Below, one piece after another: positions 1-8,412 of a stretch of DNA of 33,693 nucleotides. A model generated the notes under the pieces. That model saw only the letters and a list, made by a program, of their open reading frames with translations. It made no database searches and had not been told where the DNA came from. Location of the stretch: positions 1 to 33,693 of the IMG/VR virus record IMGVR_UViG_3300005805_000261; one strand, given 5' to 3'. The first letter of the stretch is position 1. The number at the start of each line of letters is the position of its first letter. The position numbers were made by a program, and so were the translations under genes. This DNA is from a virus. Lineage: Duplodnaviria > Caudoviricetes.

Positions 1-339
1 AAAAAACACTATGAAGATCTTGCTATGATGATTTATGAAGAAAGAATTGCTATGCCTATGGTTCCACTTCTTCTTGATGAAATGAGTGAACTCAAGATTA
101 TGAAAAATAATCGTGTAGATCACCCACGCAAGAAGTCAAAGGACCTAGCAGATGCCGTTTGTGGGGCGGTATTTGGAGCAATATCTCACACGAGTAGGGA
201 CTCTAATCTAGAGATTGACGTTCATACTTGGAGTTCTGCCACCCGACTTGCACAAAAACAAAGAGGTATGGTAGAATTGGAAACTAGGGAAATACCTGAC
301 GATGTTAGAGATTTCCTTACTGAATATAAACTAATTTAA
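1..339 (+). CDS. terL: Terminase large subunit, C-terminal nuclease domain (5'-truncated by window edge)
   Basis: Frame open from base 1; the VDHPRKKSKDLADAVCGAV motif resembles the end of the RNase H-like nuclease domain of large-phage TerL. Confidence 0.75.
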   Translation, partial: KKHYEDLAMMIYEERIAMPMVPLLLDEMSELKIMKNNRVDHPRKKSKDLADAVCGAVFGAISHTSRDSNLEIDVHTWSSATRLAQKQRGMVELETREIPDDVRDFLTEYKLI

Positions 340-360
340 AATGAATATATAAGGAGAAAA

Positions 361-1410
361 ATGAATTCATTTAAGAAGATCGCTCTAGCCGTGGTTGCAG
401 CCATGGGCCTGAGCACATTAGTAGTGACACCTGCAAGTGCCAATACCGTTTCAGTTGCCGTAACAACTGCTGTTTCTGGTTCAGGTACTGCTGCAGCACC
501 TTACACAATTAAGGTTCCATCTGACAACGTAGTAAGCGTTGCAGACACTACAACAGTAACAAACAATGAAGCACTTCTTATCACTGCTACAGTAGTTGCT
601 GGTACACCAGTAACATTTACTGCAGTTGGTGCTGGAACACGCATTGTTTCTGCAATCGGATCAACAACTGGCGCAAGTGCTGGTTCTTCATCTCTTACAG
701 TAACACCTGCTTCAACAACTGCGTCTGTGTATGCTTACACAACGACAACTGCTGCATCTGCTATCACAATTTCTGTGACTGGTGCAAGCACAACAATTTA
801 TCTAAAGGGTGTTGCAGGTCCTGCATACAACCTTAAAATGACAGCACCTGCTTCAGGAAGTATTTCTGGTAAGGTAACTGCAACATTTGAAGTTTCTGAT
901 ATTTTTGGAAACGCTGTTGCCGATACTGTAACAGTAACAAGTCTTGGTGGAGCAACTGCTGGAACAGTAACTGCTGATGCACTTGTCGTAGGCAAGTACA
1001 CATCAGACATTACACTTCCTGCTCTTGCTGGAACAGTTGCCGTCGGTGCATCTATTGCAACGCCAACATCAGTTCCAACAATTGGTCTTCCAGTTGTAAA
1101 TCAGACTGCAATTATTGCAGTATCTGATGTTGCTTCTGCTCTTGCTGCTGCTAACGCTGCTCTTGCTGCAGAAAAGGTAGCACGTGCAAACGATGCTGCT
1201 ATTGCTGCACAAGTACTTGCTGCTGAGAAGGCTGCTCGTGCTGCAGATGCTGCAACCGCTGCTGCTGCTCTTGCAACAGAGAAGGCTGCACATGAAACAA
1301 CTAAGGCTGCAAATGCTCAAGCACTTGCAGATCTAAAGAAGGCTTTCAATGCACTCGCTAAGAAGTGGAATGCAAAGAATCCAAAGGCAAAGGTTACTTT
1401 AGTTAAGTAA
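361..1410 (+). CDS. Exported Ala/Thr/Val-rich surface (S-layer-like) protein with C-terminal coiled coil
   Basis: AAGGAG RBS; signal peptide MNSFKKIALAVVAAMGLSTLVVTPASA; beta-rich Thr/Val body; Ala-rich helical repeats; basic tail. Confidence 0.75.
   Translation: MNSFKKIALAVVAAMGLSTLVVTPASANTVSVAVTTAVSGSGTAAAPYTIKVPSDNVVSVADTTTVTNNEALLITATVVAGTPVTFTAVGAGTRIVSAIGSTTGASAGSSSLTVTPASTTASVYAYTTTTAASAITISVTGASTTIYLKGVAGPAYNLKMTAPASGSISGKVTATFEVSDIFGNAVADTVTVTSLGGATAGTVTADALVVGKYTSDITLPALAGTVAVGASIATPTSVPTIGLPVVNQTAIIAVSDVASALAAANAALAAEKVARANDAAIAAQVLAAEKAARAADAATAAAALATEKAAHETTKAANAQALADLKKAFNALAKKWNAKNPKAKVTLVK
1162..1293 (+). repeat. About 2.5 copies of a 54-nt/18-aa coding repeat (LAAEKxARAxDAAxAAxx)
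   Basis: Units start at 1162, 1216 and 1270. Confidence 0.8.
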
Positions 1411-1428
1411 CTCTTTCTTTTAAGATCG

Positions 1429-1459
1429 GGCGCAGATTAATTTCTGCGCCTTTTCTTTT
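1429..1459 (+). terminator. Intrinsic terminator
   Basis: GGCGCAGA-TTAATT-TCTGCGCC followed by TTTTCTTTT. Confidence 0.85.
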
Positions 1460-1505
1460 ATAATGGTATAATATGTCTATCTATATAATTAAATAGGAGC
1501 ACAAA

Positions 1506-3008
1506 ATAAGAAAATTCCTACGCATAATTGCAGTGGTGGGAATACTTTTTGGAACAATGTTTGGGCTTCCAAACAACGCATATGCTAACTGTGTAAACTA
1601 CATACAATCACAAACTATAGCAGCAGCCTATGAAGGTGATACAGAGCCAACAGTTCATACAATGGATACCTGTGGTGGAGATGATACTTCCTATCAAATA
1701 CCAATAGCAACAACAATTACATTTGATGGTGTCCAATATTCTAATGTTTATGCAACAACTAATTCGGTAATTACATTTGGTAATCCAGATAACACCTTTT
1801 GGGATTATCCAAATACCCCATCTATTTCTTTATATTCTATGGACTGGGTTTCTGGATGGTATAACGCACCTGATACATTAAATATAATGTATTCTGAGGG
1901 TGGCTTTCAATTAGATCTTGAAGTAATACCATTTGGACAGTGGAATGCTCCAACTCCAAGCAACATTAATATTATTGTTGCTATTACTAATACTGGTGGA
2001 ATTTCTGTAGCCTACAGTTACCAAGGTCCAGAGTATCCTAATCTTAGAACTGGAGTAAGACTTCATAATGGAGACATTGTTTCTCTTGAAGCATGGGGTG
2101 CAACACAGATTGAAGCAGGAGAACCAATACCAACATTAGAAGCAGAGCCAATTCCAGAGCCATCTCCTACTCCAACAGAAGATCCAGTAACTCCAGAGGA
2201 ACAACAAGTTGAAGTAGCACAGGCCACACAGTTAGCAGATCAAATTACAGATTTAAACTTTTTAATTGCATCTATCAATGGTGATCCTATAGAAGATGTA
2301 GTAGTTATTCCAGATCCAGAACCAACTGTTACTCCAGAAGAACCAGATTTACCAGAGCCTGATGTTGAAGTAGATCCAGAAATTATTGATGAAGATGATC
2401 CTAGGTTTCCCGATAACGACGAGCAAACTCAACCAGAAGAAGCCACTCCTTCTCCAGATTCCGACTCCACAGATGAGGGGAACGAAGATCTAGACCCTGA
2501 TTCTGAGCCATCTGAAGAACCCGCTGAAGACTCTCAACCTCAGCAAGAGGATACAGATCAAGGCCAAGGGAACGAACAAGTTCCAAATCTTCCTGATTCA
2601 CAAGGCTCATCTGATAATAATAGCATAGATAATGGAATTTCTGAAGAAGAACTTAAAAAGTTAAACAAACTAATTAGTGTTAATGATGCTAAACTTTTGA
2701 CTCAATTAGTAGGTCAAAATGAGTCAATTAAACAAGCCGTTGAAGAATTTACAGAAAGAGCGGAAGAGAATGCAGATGCTCTTATGCCATATACCATAGC
2801 AGACGCAACAGTTGAAGTTCAGGCAGAAAAATTCCTAGAAGATCCAATAGGTGCAATTTTAAGTGTTGATTTAGAGACTGTTCTTAGTCCTACAGAATGG
2901 GGCAAGGATATGACCGATGATCAAAGAGAGAAGGCTCAGGAGGTAATTATTCCTGTGATTCTTGTTTCAAATATAGTAAATTCTGTTATGTCATTAAGGA
3001 GGTTATAA
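1506..3008 (+). CDS. Exported protein with NIDO-like N-terminal domain, acidic Pro/Glu/Asp stalk and hydrophobic C-terminus; probable ATA start at 1506 (track start GTG 1533)
   Basis: AGGAG at 1495-1499, 6 nt before an in-frame ATA that restores a full signal peptide; DD..YQIP...ITFDGVQYSNVYATTNSVITFG resembles NIDO-type domains. Confidence 0.65.
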   Translation: MRKFLRIIAVVGILFGTMFGLPNNAYANCVNYIQSQTIAAAYEGDTEPTVHTMDTCGGDDTSYQIPIATTITFDGVQYSNVYATTNSVITFGNPDNTFWDYPNTPSISLYSMDWVSGWYNAPDTLNIMYSEGGFQLDLEVIPFGQWNAPTPSNINIIVAITNTGGISVAYSYQGPEYPNLRTGVRLHNGDIVSLEAWGATQIEAGEPIPTLEAEPIPEPSPTPTEDPVTPEEQQVEVAQATQLADQITDLNFLIASINGDPIEDVVVIPDPEPTVTPEEPDLPEPDVEVDPEIIDEDDPRFPDNDEQTQPEEATPSPDSDSTDEGNEDLDPDSEPSEEPAEDSQPQQEDTDQGQGNEQVPNLPDSQGSSDNNSIDNGISEEELKKLNKLISVNDAKLLTQLVGQNESIKQAVEEFTERAEENADALMPYTIADATVEVQAEKFLEDPIGAILSVDLETVLSPTEWGKDMTDDQREKAQEVIIPVILVSNIVNSVMSLRRL

Positions 3009-3015
3009 TATGATA

Positions 3016-3390
3016 ATGATGGATAAGTTAATTAGTCAAGCAAAAAACCTTATTGGCAAACTCAAGGTTCCGCAGGTAAAAATGCCAGCGGTATCAATAA
3101 AAATGCCAAATCTTAAACCATTGGTAGAAAAAGCAAAGCCATGGATGACAAAGGGTATTGCTCTAGCCAAGAAGACTCCAGGACTTGCTTATAGGCTTGT
3201 AAAAGGCCTTATATCATGGTTTGGTAAGGCTGTAAAAGAGAGTATTGCTCAGGTCTGGACACTACTAGGTTTCTTTATTGCTTGGCTTACTTTGACTGGT
3301 ACCGCCCAACAAATCGTAGGAATTGCTACCGTTTTGGCCACTATTTTGTGGCTTGTGACAATTCCATTGAGGGAAGAAAAAGAGGAATAA
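3016..3390 (+). CDS. Membrane protein with 2 C-terminal TM helices
   Basis: Two hydrophobic segments; TATAAT (3004-3009) 6 nt before ATG 3016 suggests a leaderless start. Confidence 0.7.
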   Translation: MMDKLISQAKNLIGKLKVPQVKMPAVSIKMPNLKPLVEKAKPWMTKGIALAKKTPGLAYRLVKGLISWFGKAVKESIAQVWTLLGFFIAWLTLTGTAQQIVGIATVLATILWLVTIPLREEKEE

Positions 3391-3407
3391 CTGGTATAAT
3401 GGGGGTT

Positions 3408-3617
3408 ATGCTAAGAATAATCGGGGTTGCCCTACTAGGGGTACTATTAACAGGATGTGGCTATGATGGTCACTATCGCTACCCTTGCCAAGATCCAGCA
3501 AACTGGGAAAAGGCAGAGTGCAATCCGCCAATTTGTGAATCAACTGGTACATGCACAAAAGACATTATTGGTCAAGAAGCATGGGATGAGTACCAAAAAA
3601 CGAAGGGTGGAAAATAA
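3408..3617 (+). CDS. Small Cys-rich lipoprotein
   Basis: MLRIIGVALLGVLLTG-C lipobox; TGGTATAAT just upstream; stop overlaps the next start. Confidence 0.75.
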   Translation: MLRIIGVALLGVLLTGCGYDGHYRYPCQDPANWEKAECNPPICESTGTCTKDIIGQEAWDEYQKTKGGK

Positions 3618-4027
3618 TGGCTAAAGAAAGATTAACGCCACAAGATCTAGACGCTAGATTAAAATTTATATTAGGTATAACGCTTGGAACAATTTTATTA
3701 GCAACATCATTAGGAATTTTGTACGCTCTTATATTTGTTACACAACCAATTGGTGGACAATCAGAAAATGATAAAATGTTTTTTAATGTTTTAGGTAGCG
3801 TTGCAACATTTATTACAGGAACATTGGCAGGATTGTTAATTGGACAATCTGGTGCTAAAGATGTTATGGCAGCACAACTTGCTAACAAAGAAATGGATGC
3901 CAAAAACACGCAGGCAGATAAAAAATTAGAAGCAGAAATTGATGATGCGAAGGCTCGTAGATTAGCAAAGCCAGATGGTGCAATGCCAGCAGAACAACCA
4001 GTTGATACAGATTGGGATAAGGATTAA
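3617..4027 (+). CDS. Two-TM membrane protein (possible lysis-cassette component)
   Basis: Two hydrophobic helices, charged tail, directly upstream of the lysin. Confidence 0.7.
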   Translation: MAKERLTPQDLDARLKFILGITLGTILLATSLGILYALIFVTQPIGGQSENDKMFFNVLGSVATFITGTLAGLLIGQSGAKDVMAAQLANKEMDAKNTQADKKLEAEIDDAKARRLAKPDGAMPAEQPVDTDWDKD

Positions 4028-4029
4028 TC

Positions 4030-4605
4030 ATGGCAGAAATGGGAACAGCAGCAAAACTTATTGAAATTGCTAAGGCTGAAATTGGAACTGTAGAAGGTCC
4101 AAAAGACAACGAGACAAAGTATGGAGCGTACACCAAGGCTAATTTTCAACCTTGGTGTGGAAGTTTTGTGATGTGGTGTGCAAACGAGGCAGGAGTTAAA
4201 GTTCCGAACACAGTTTATACACCTGGTGGTGCACAAGCATTTAAGAAGGCTGGAGCCTGGATCGATGGCGACCTTGCTGATCCTGAGCCAGGAGACATTG
4301 CTTACTTTGATTTTCCCTCAGATGGCGTTGATCGTATATCTCATGTCGGAATTGTTATTGAAGACAACGGAGATGGGACTGTTTGGTGTATTGAAGGAAA
4401 CACGTCAGGTGATTCTAAAGGAAGCCAGCGCAACGGTGGAGAAGTATGTAAAAAACTAAGAGCATTTAAGAAAAATAAAAAAAATGTTATGGTTTCAATT
4501 GTTGGATTTGGTAGACCAAAGTTTGGAGCAAAGGCTTCTACTACTGCTAAAAAATCTGAAAATAAATCAAAAACCTGTCCAGAATGTGGACAAACCATCA
4601 AATAA
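4030..4605 (+). CDS. CHAP-domain peptidoglycan hydrolase (putative endolysin)
   Basis: QPWCGSFVMW (catalytic Cys), SHVGIV (His), IEGNT motifs. Confidence 0.85.
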   Translation: MAEMGTAAKLIEIAKAEIGTVEGPKDNETKYGAYTKANFQPWCGSFVMWCANEAGVKVPNTVYTPGGAQAFKKAGAWIDGDLADPEPGDIAYFDFPSDGVDRISHVGIVIEDNGDGTVWCIEGNTSGDSKGSQRNGGEVCKKLRAFKKNKKNVMVSIVGFGRPKFGAKASTTAKKSENKSKTCPECGQTIK

Positions 4606-4667
4606 GGTACTTGCCTAACTAAAAATCTTTTGATATACTTAAAGGTATAGAAAAAACGGGGGATAGC

Positions 4668-5201
4668 ATGACCTGCATAGCGGTAGTACGTGACAAAACA
4701 ACAAAAAAGATTTGGATGGCAGGGGATCGTGGTGTCTCCGATGACAATACTATTAATGTCTGCTCTAGTCCCAAAATATGGAAAAAGGAAGGCTATCTAT
4801 TTGGATACGCTGGATCAATGGATGGGGATAGGTTAAGACATTTGTTTGTACCGCCAGCATTTGATGGTCGTGGCAGCATAGATAAGTTTATGTATAGTAA
4901 ATTCTTAAAATCCTTGCGTAAGTTTTATGAAGAGTGGTGGATAGATACGTCTGCATCATCTGATTTTGGTATGTTAATTTGTACCCGTGGAAAAATATAT
5001 GAACATAATGCAGTAGACATGTCTTTAACACAATATGAACAAGATTATTTAGCAATGGGATCTGGTGGAGATCTTGCTTTAGGTTCATTATATTCAACAC
5101 AAAAACAAAAAGACGCAAGAAAAAGAGCGGTACTTGCAGTAAATGCTGCATTAAATCATTCGCCATCATGTAAAGGTCCTATTGACATTCTGACCGTTTA
5201 G
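4668..5201 (+). CDS. HslV/proteasome-beta-like Ntn threonine peptidase
   Basis: N-terminal M-T-CIAV, AGD, FGYAGS, AMGSGG motifs. Confidence 0.75.
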   Translation: MTCIAVVRDKTTKKIWMAGDRGVSDDNTINVCSSPKIWKKEGYLFGYAGSMDGDRLRHLFVPPAFDGRGSIDKFMYSKFLKSLRKFYEEWWIDTSASSDFGMLICTRGKIYEHNAVDMSLTQYEQDYLAMGSGGDLALGSLYSTQKQKDARKRAVLAVNAALNHSPSCKGPIDILTV

Positions 5202-5210
5202 GTATATACT
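5182..5210 (+). promoter_or_regulatory. Sigma-A/70 promoter for a leaderless gene
   Basis: TTGACA-17-TATACT, ATG 6 nt downstream. Confidence 0.75.
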
Positions 5211-5216
5211 AAATAT

Positions 5217-5420
5217 ATGAATCACATTAATGAGGAAGACCTGTCTCCAGAAGAGCAGGAATTCGGTATCTGGCTTTCTAGTGGTATTGAAAGAGGCTGG
5301 ATCAGTGAGCCATACTGTCATACACATGACGGTGGATATCAATATATGAGTGAAGAAGAGTTAGAAGAGTGGGAACAGGGTGGAGATCCTTGTGAACACG
5401 TTATTAGAATATTCATTTAA
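5217..5420 (+). CDS. Hypothetical acidic protein (CxxHDG...DPCxH)
   Basis: ORF directly behind a consensus promoter; metal-ligand pattern. Confidence 0.7.
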   Translation: MNHINEEDLSPEEQEFGIWLSSGIERGWISEPYCHTHDGGYQYMSEEELEEWEQGGDPCEHVIRIFI

Positions 5421-5432
5421 CAAAGGAGAAAA

Positions 5433-6293
5433 ATGAAAAAGGTAGTGGGTCTATTATCAATTTTGCTAACTGTTGTATTTTTATCACCAGTATCAGCAAA
5501 CGAAAAGCCATCAATTGCAATCATTGATACAGCAGTTGATACATCTAAGGTCAAGAATGTAGTTCATGAAGTTTGTATTCTGTACGAAATTCGTTGTCCA
5601 AATAAAAATTCTTTTATGGAAGGTCCAGGTGCAGCCTCTTTGCCTGCATCACAACTATACAAAAATGGTTTTGATCACGGAACAATAATGTCCTTAATTG
5701 CTTCAGCAGTTAATAAGGACATGAACATTGTTTTTATTCGTGTAGTGTCTATGACAAACGCTGGTCGTCAAGGATATTATGATGACAGATTAGTTAATGA
5801 AGCATTAAAATGGGTGATTGCAAACAAGACTAAATTCAATATTGTTGCAGTTTCTGCTTCTATTGGTTCTCACAAATTAAAGGCTGGTGCTAATTATTGT
5901 CCAGTAAATACATCTTTCCGTGATAGCATTGTGTCTTTGCAAAATCTTGGAGTAGCAAGCATTTTTGCTGCTGGAAATAATTATGATTATAGTCGTGTAG
6001 ATTATCCAGCATGTATCTCTGAAGCAGTTGCCGTAGGATCTGTTGGTGAACAGGGCAATGTTGAACTATACAGTAATGGTGGTAATGAGATTGATTTCTA
6101 TGCTCTTGGCACCTACAATACTAGTATAAAGAGGGCTATGGGAACTTCTGCTGCTACTGCTGCATTGGCGGGGTATTGGGCAAAGTCATACAAGGGTAAT
6201 TATCAGGCTACATACGATTACCTAAAGTCTATTGGTAAGCCTGCAGAAAATGCAAATACAAAAACAAATGCATTTGTAAATATTTTAGGATAG
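5433..6293 (+). CDS. Secreted subtilisin-like (S8) serine protease
   Basis: Signal peptide; IIDT (Asp), HGT (His), AAGN (oxyanion Asn), GTSAA (Ser). Confidence 0.88.
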   Translation: MKKVVGLLSILLTVVFLSPVSANEKPSIAIIDTAVDTSKVKNVVHEVCILYEIRCPNKNSFMEGPGAASLPASQLYKNGFDHGTIMSLIASAVNKDMNIVFIRVVSMTNAGRQGYYDDRLVNEALKWVIANKTKFNIVAVSASIGSHKLKAGANYCPVNTSFRDSIVSLQNLGVASIFAAGNNYDYSRVDYPACISEAVAVGSVGEQGNVELYSNGGNEIDFYALGTYNTSIKRAMGTSAATAALAGYWAKSYKGNYQATYDYLKSIGKPAENANTKTNAFVNILG

Positions 6294-6304
6294 TGGTATA
6301 ATAG

Positions 6305-6355
6305 GTAGTGCACCTGCCAAATGGGGGTGCACTACTTACTCGCTTAATAAGGAGG
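6305..6355 (+). promoter_or_regulatory. Structured hsp20 leader: 5' hairpin plus ROSE-like RBS-occluding hairpin
   Basis: GTAGTGCACC/GGTGCACTAC stem; CTCGCTT-AAT-AAGGAG pairs the UCGCU motif with the SD; TGGTATAAT at 6294-6302. Confidence 0.6.
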
Positions 6356-6360
6356 CAATT

Positions 6361-6792
6361 ATGGTAAGTTCATTTGCATTGGATCTTTTTAAAGATCCAT
6401 TTTTTATTGGTTTCAACAGAGAGTTGGACCGTCTTTCACATATCCATCGTGAGGCTACTCGTCAATCTTTTCCACCATATGACTTGGTGAAACTTGATGA
6501 TGACACCTATAGGATATCTCTTGCAGTTGCTGGTTTTAACAGTAGCGAAGTAGAGGTTTCTGTGGATAATGGAAGTTTGATTATCAAGGGTGAGAAAACC
6601 GATGAGGCTTCAACAGAAGTCCTACATAAGGGTATCGCAACCAGAAAGTTCACACGCACCTTTGCTCTTGGAGAGTATATGGAGGTTGATCGTGCTGAAA
6701 TGGCAGACGGTATTCTTAATGTCTTTGTGGAAAGAAACATTCCCGAAGAAAAGAAACCCAAAAAGATCGCAATTAAGTCTACAAAAAAGTAG
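6361..6792 (+). CDS. hsp20: Small heat-shock protein (Hsp20/IbpA family)
   Basis: FPPYDLVK, LAVAGF, HKGIATRKFTRTF, DGIL...PEEKKPKKIAI motifs. Confidence 0.95.
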   Translation: MVSSFALDLFKDPFFIGFNRELDRLSHIHREATRQSFPPYDLVKLDDDTYRISLAVAGFNSSEVEVSVDNGSLIIKGEKTDEASTEVLHKGIATRKFTRTFALGEYMEVDRAEMADGILNVFVERNIPEEKKPKKIAIKSTKK

Positions 6793-6801
6793 ATAAAATA
6801 G

Positions 6802-6889
6802 TAGAACCCCATACAGGAACTTAGGGTGGATTAGTTACCTACTTTATATTCCGTGGCATTCGTGCTTCGATTCCTGTGTGGGGCTTCTA
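6802..6889 (+). ncRNA. Candidate structured RNA (long closing stem, three-way junction) 3' of hsp20
   Basis: TAGAACCCCATACAGGAA pairs with TTCCTGTGTGGGG(C)TTCTA; internal GGCA-TTCG-TGCT hairpin; G-U pair favours + strand. Confidence 0.45.
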
Positions 6890-6912
6890 TATTTTGATAT
6901 AATGTTATTGCT

Positions 6913-7188
6913 ATGACTGAAAAAGAATTAGCGTATAAGAAAAAGCAACAATATAAGCAGAGGCTTGTCGAAATCAAACAGGCTAGTGGATGCGTAGACT
7001 GCGGAGAAAATAATCATATCGTTCTTGACTTTGATCATTTAAGAGATAAAAAATATAACATATCAAGAATGATTCATGATGGTTTTTCGTGGAAAGCAAT
7101 ATTAAAAGAAATTAAAAAGTGTGAAGTTGTTTGTGCAAATTGTCATAGAATTAGAACTTACATGAGGTTGACAACACAAATAGCCTGA
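6913..7188 (+). CDS. HNH-type nuclease-like protein
   Basis: CVDC...LDFDH...CEVVCANCHRIRT. Confidence 0.8.
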   Translation: MTEKELAYKKKQQYKQRLVEIKQASGCVDCGENNHIVLDFDHLRDKKYNISRMIHDGFSWKAILKEIKKCEVVCANCHRIRTYMRLTTQIA

Positions 7189-7197
7189 TGCTATAAT
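7168..7197 (+). promoter_or_regulatory. Strong sigma-A/70 promoter
   Basis: TTGACA-18-TATAAT with extended -10 TG. Confidence 0.85.
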
Positions 7198-7203
7198 TGT
7201 TAT

Positions 7204-7248
7204 ATCCCAAGGGGCAGTCTTTTTTCCTTTCTCTTCTGCCCCAGGGGT
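7204..7248 (+). ncRNA. Hairpin with an 18-nt pyrimidine loop containing anti-SD UUUCCUUUCU
   Basis: GGGGCAG/CTGCCCC stem (extendable ATCCC/GGGGT); loop TCTTTTTTCCTTTCTCTT. Confidence 0.5.
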
Positions 7249-7252
7249 GCGA

Positions 7253-7280
7253 GCACCTGAGTATGTGCATAAACTGCTCA
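7253..7280 (+). ncRNA. H-type pseudoknot motif, copy A
   Basis: GCAC-C-TGAGTA-T-GTGC-ATAAAC-TGCTCA. Confidence 0.7.
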
Positions 7281-7298
7281 TTAAATAAAGGAGTAATA

Positions 7299-7475
7299 AT
7301 GCCTAAGTATGATTACAGGTGTAGCACTTGTTCTTCTACTATTGAATTTGAGCGTGGTATGGGTGAAGATAGAGAGCCAACATGCTGTTCAAATATCATG
7401 ACTAGGATATGGAATTCTGCTCCAGGTGTAATGTTTAATGGTTCTGGTTTTTATTCAACTGACAACAGAAAGTAG
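7299..7475 (+). CDS. FmdB-family zinc-ribbon protein
   Basis: MPKYDYRCxxC...CC...FNGSGFYSTD; AAGGAG RBS. Confidence 0.85.
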   Translation: MPKYDYRCSTCSSTIEFERGMGEDREPTCCSNIMTRIWNSAPGVMFNGSGFYSTDNRK

Positions 7476-7490
7476 AGATATAATTAAATC

Positions 7491-7751
7491 ATGAGTTCAA
7501 TTGTAAAAGAACACCCAAGCGTAAAGCCTAGGGAATGGCAATTGAAAGCCGTAGATCGTTGTGATCGTTGTAATGCTCAAGCATATGTCATGGTTAAAGG
7601 TGCTACTGGTGACCTTCTATTCTGTGGTCATCATTATGAAAAAATTATGAATGATCCAGATGGGTATAAAAAAATGATGGCTTTTATGCTTGAAGTAGTT
7701 GATGAACGTGAACAATTAAACCAAAATAAACTGATAGGAAGTCATAACTAA
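7491..7751 (+). CDS. Zn-binding hypothetical protein of actinobacterial type
   Basis: DRCDRCNAQAYV...LLFCGHH; leaderless layout. Confidence 0.75.
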   Translation: MSSIVKEHPSVKPREWQLKAVDRCDRCNAQAYVMVKGATGDLLFCGHHYEKIMNDPDGYKKMMAFMLEVVDEREQLNQNKLIGSHN

Positions 7752-8158
7752 TGTATCAATATTATGTAAGAGAAGTAAAGTCAGTAGTCGATGGAGACAC
7801 TATTGACGTTGTAATTGATTTAGGATTTAATGTTTTGTTTGAGCAGCGTGTGCGTCTGGCTGGAATAGATACACCTGAGTCCAGAACATCAGATAAATTT
7901 GAAAAGAGTTTGGGTATAGAGGCAAAAGAGTATTTAAAGAAACAACTAAAGGATGCAAAGTCAATAGTTATTAGAACAGAAAAGATGGACTCTTCTGAAA
8001 AGTATGGTCGCATTCTAGGTTGGCTTTATGTAAATGGTGAATCAGATTCAATCAATAATAGAATGATTAATGATGGATATGCTTGGGGATATCTTGGTGA
8101 GACAAAGGTTAAAGACTTTGCAGCACTAGCAGCCCAACGAGCCAAATCTGGTAAATGA
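7751..8158 (+). CDS. Thermonuclease (SNase-like)
   Basis: VVDGDTIDV, RVRLAGIDTPE, KYGRILG motifs. Confidence 0.92.
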   Translation: MYQYYVREVKSVVDGDTIDVVIDLGFNVLFEQRVRLAGIDTPESRTSDKFEKSLGIEAKEYLKKQLKDAKSIVIRTEKMDSSEKYGRILGWLYVNGESDSINNRMINDGYAWGYLGETKVKDFAALAAQRAKSGK

Positions 8159-8412
8159 AAACAGTTTACTACTTTACGGCTGATTGGTGTCAGCCCTGTA
8201 AACGCACTCGTCCAATAGTTGAAGAACTTAATCGTGAGCAGACTGAGGCTGGTTTTCAAATAATAGATGTTGATTATAATCCAGAACTTGTAAAAACATT
8301 TGCTATAAGATCTGTTCCAACATTTATTTTATTTAATGATGAAAAAGAAATTAATAGAATTAATGGTGCACAAACTAAAGAAAGTTTGGAGGCTTTTATA
8401 TATGGAAAATAA
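8155..8412 (+). CDS. Thioredoxin
   Basis: FTADWCQPCK, IDVD, SVPTFILF. Confidence 0.92.
   Translation: MKTVYYFTADWCQPCKRTRPIVEELNREQTEAGFQIIDVDYNPELVKTFAIRSVPTFILFNDEKEINRINGAQTKESLEAFIYGK

Noticed and set aside
6305-6335. CIRCE or HAIR heat-shock operator
   Set aside because: Arms GTAGTGCAC/GTGCACTAC match neither TTAGCACTC-N9-GAGTGCTAA nor CTTGAGT-N7-ACTCAAG
6807-6884. tRNA-like element (TTCGATTCC resembles a T-loop)
   Set aside because: No matching 5' T-stem, D-arm or anticodon arm; the CCTG pairs with the 5' end instead
7197-7298. N-terminal extension of the FmdB ORF in the track
   Set aside because: Starts inside the -10 box and crosses the structured leader; the real RBS and ATG are at 7288-7301
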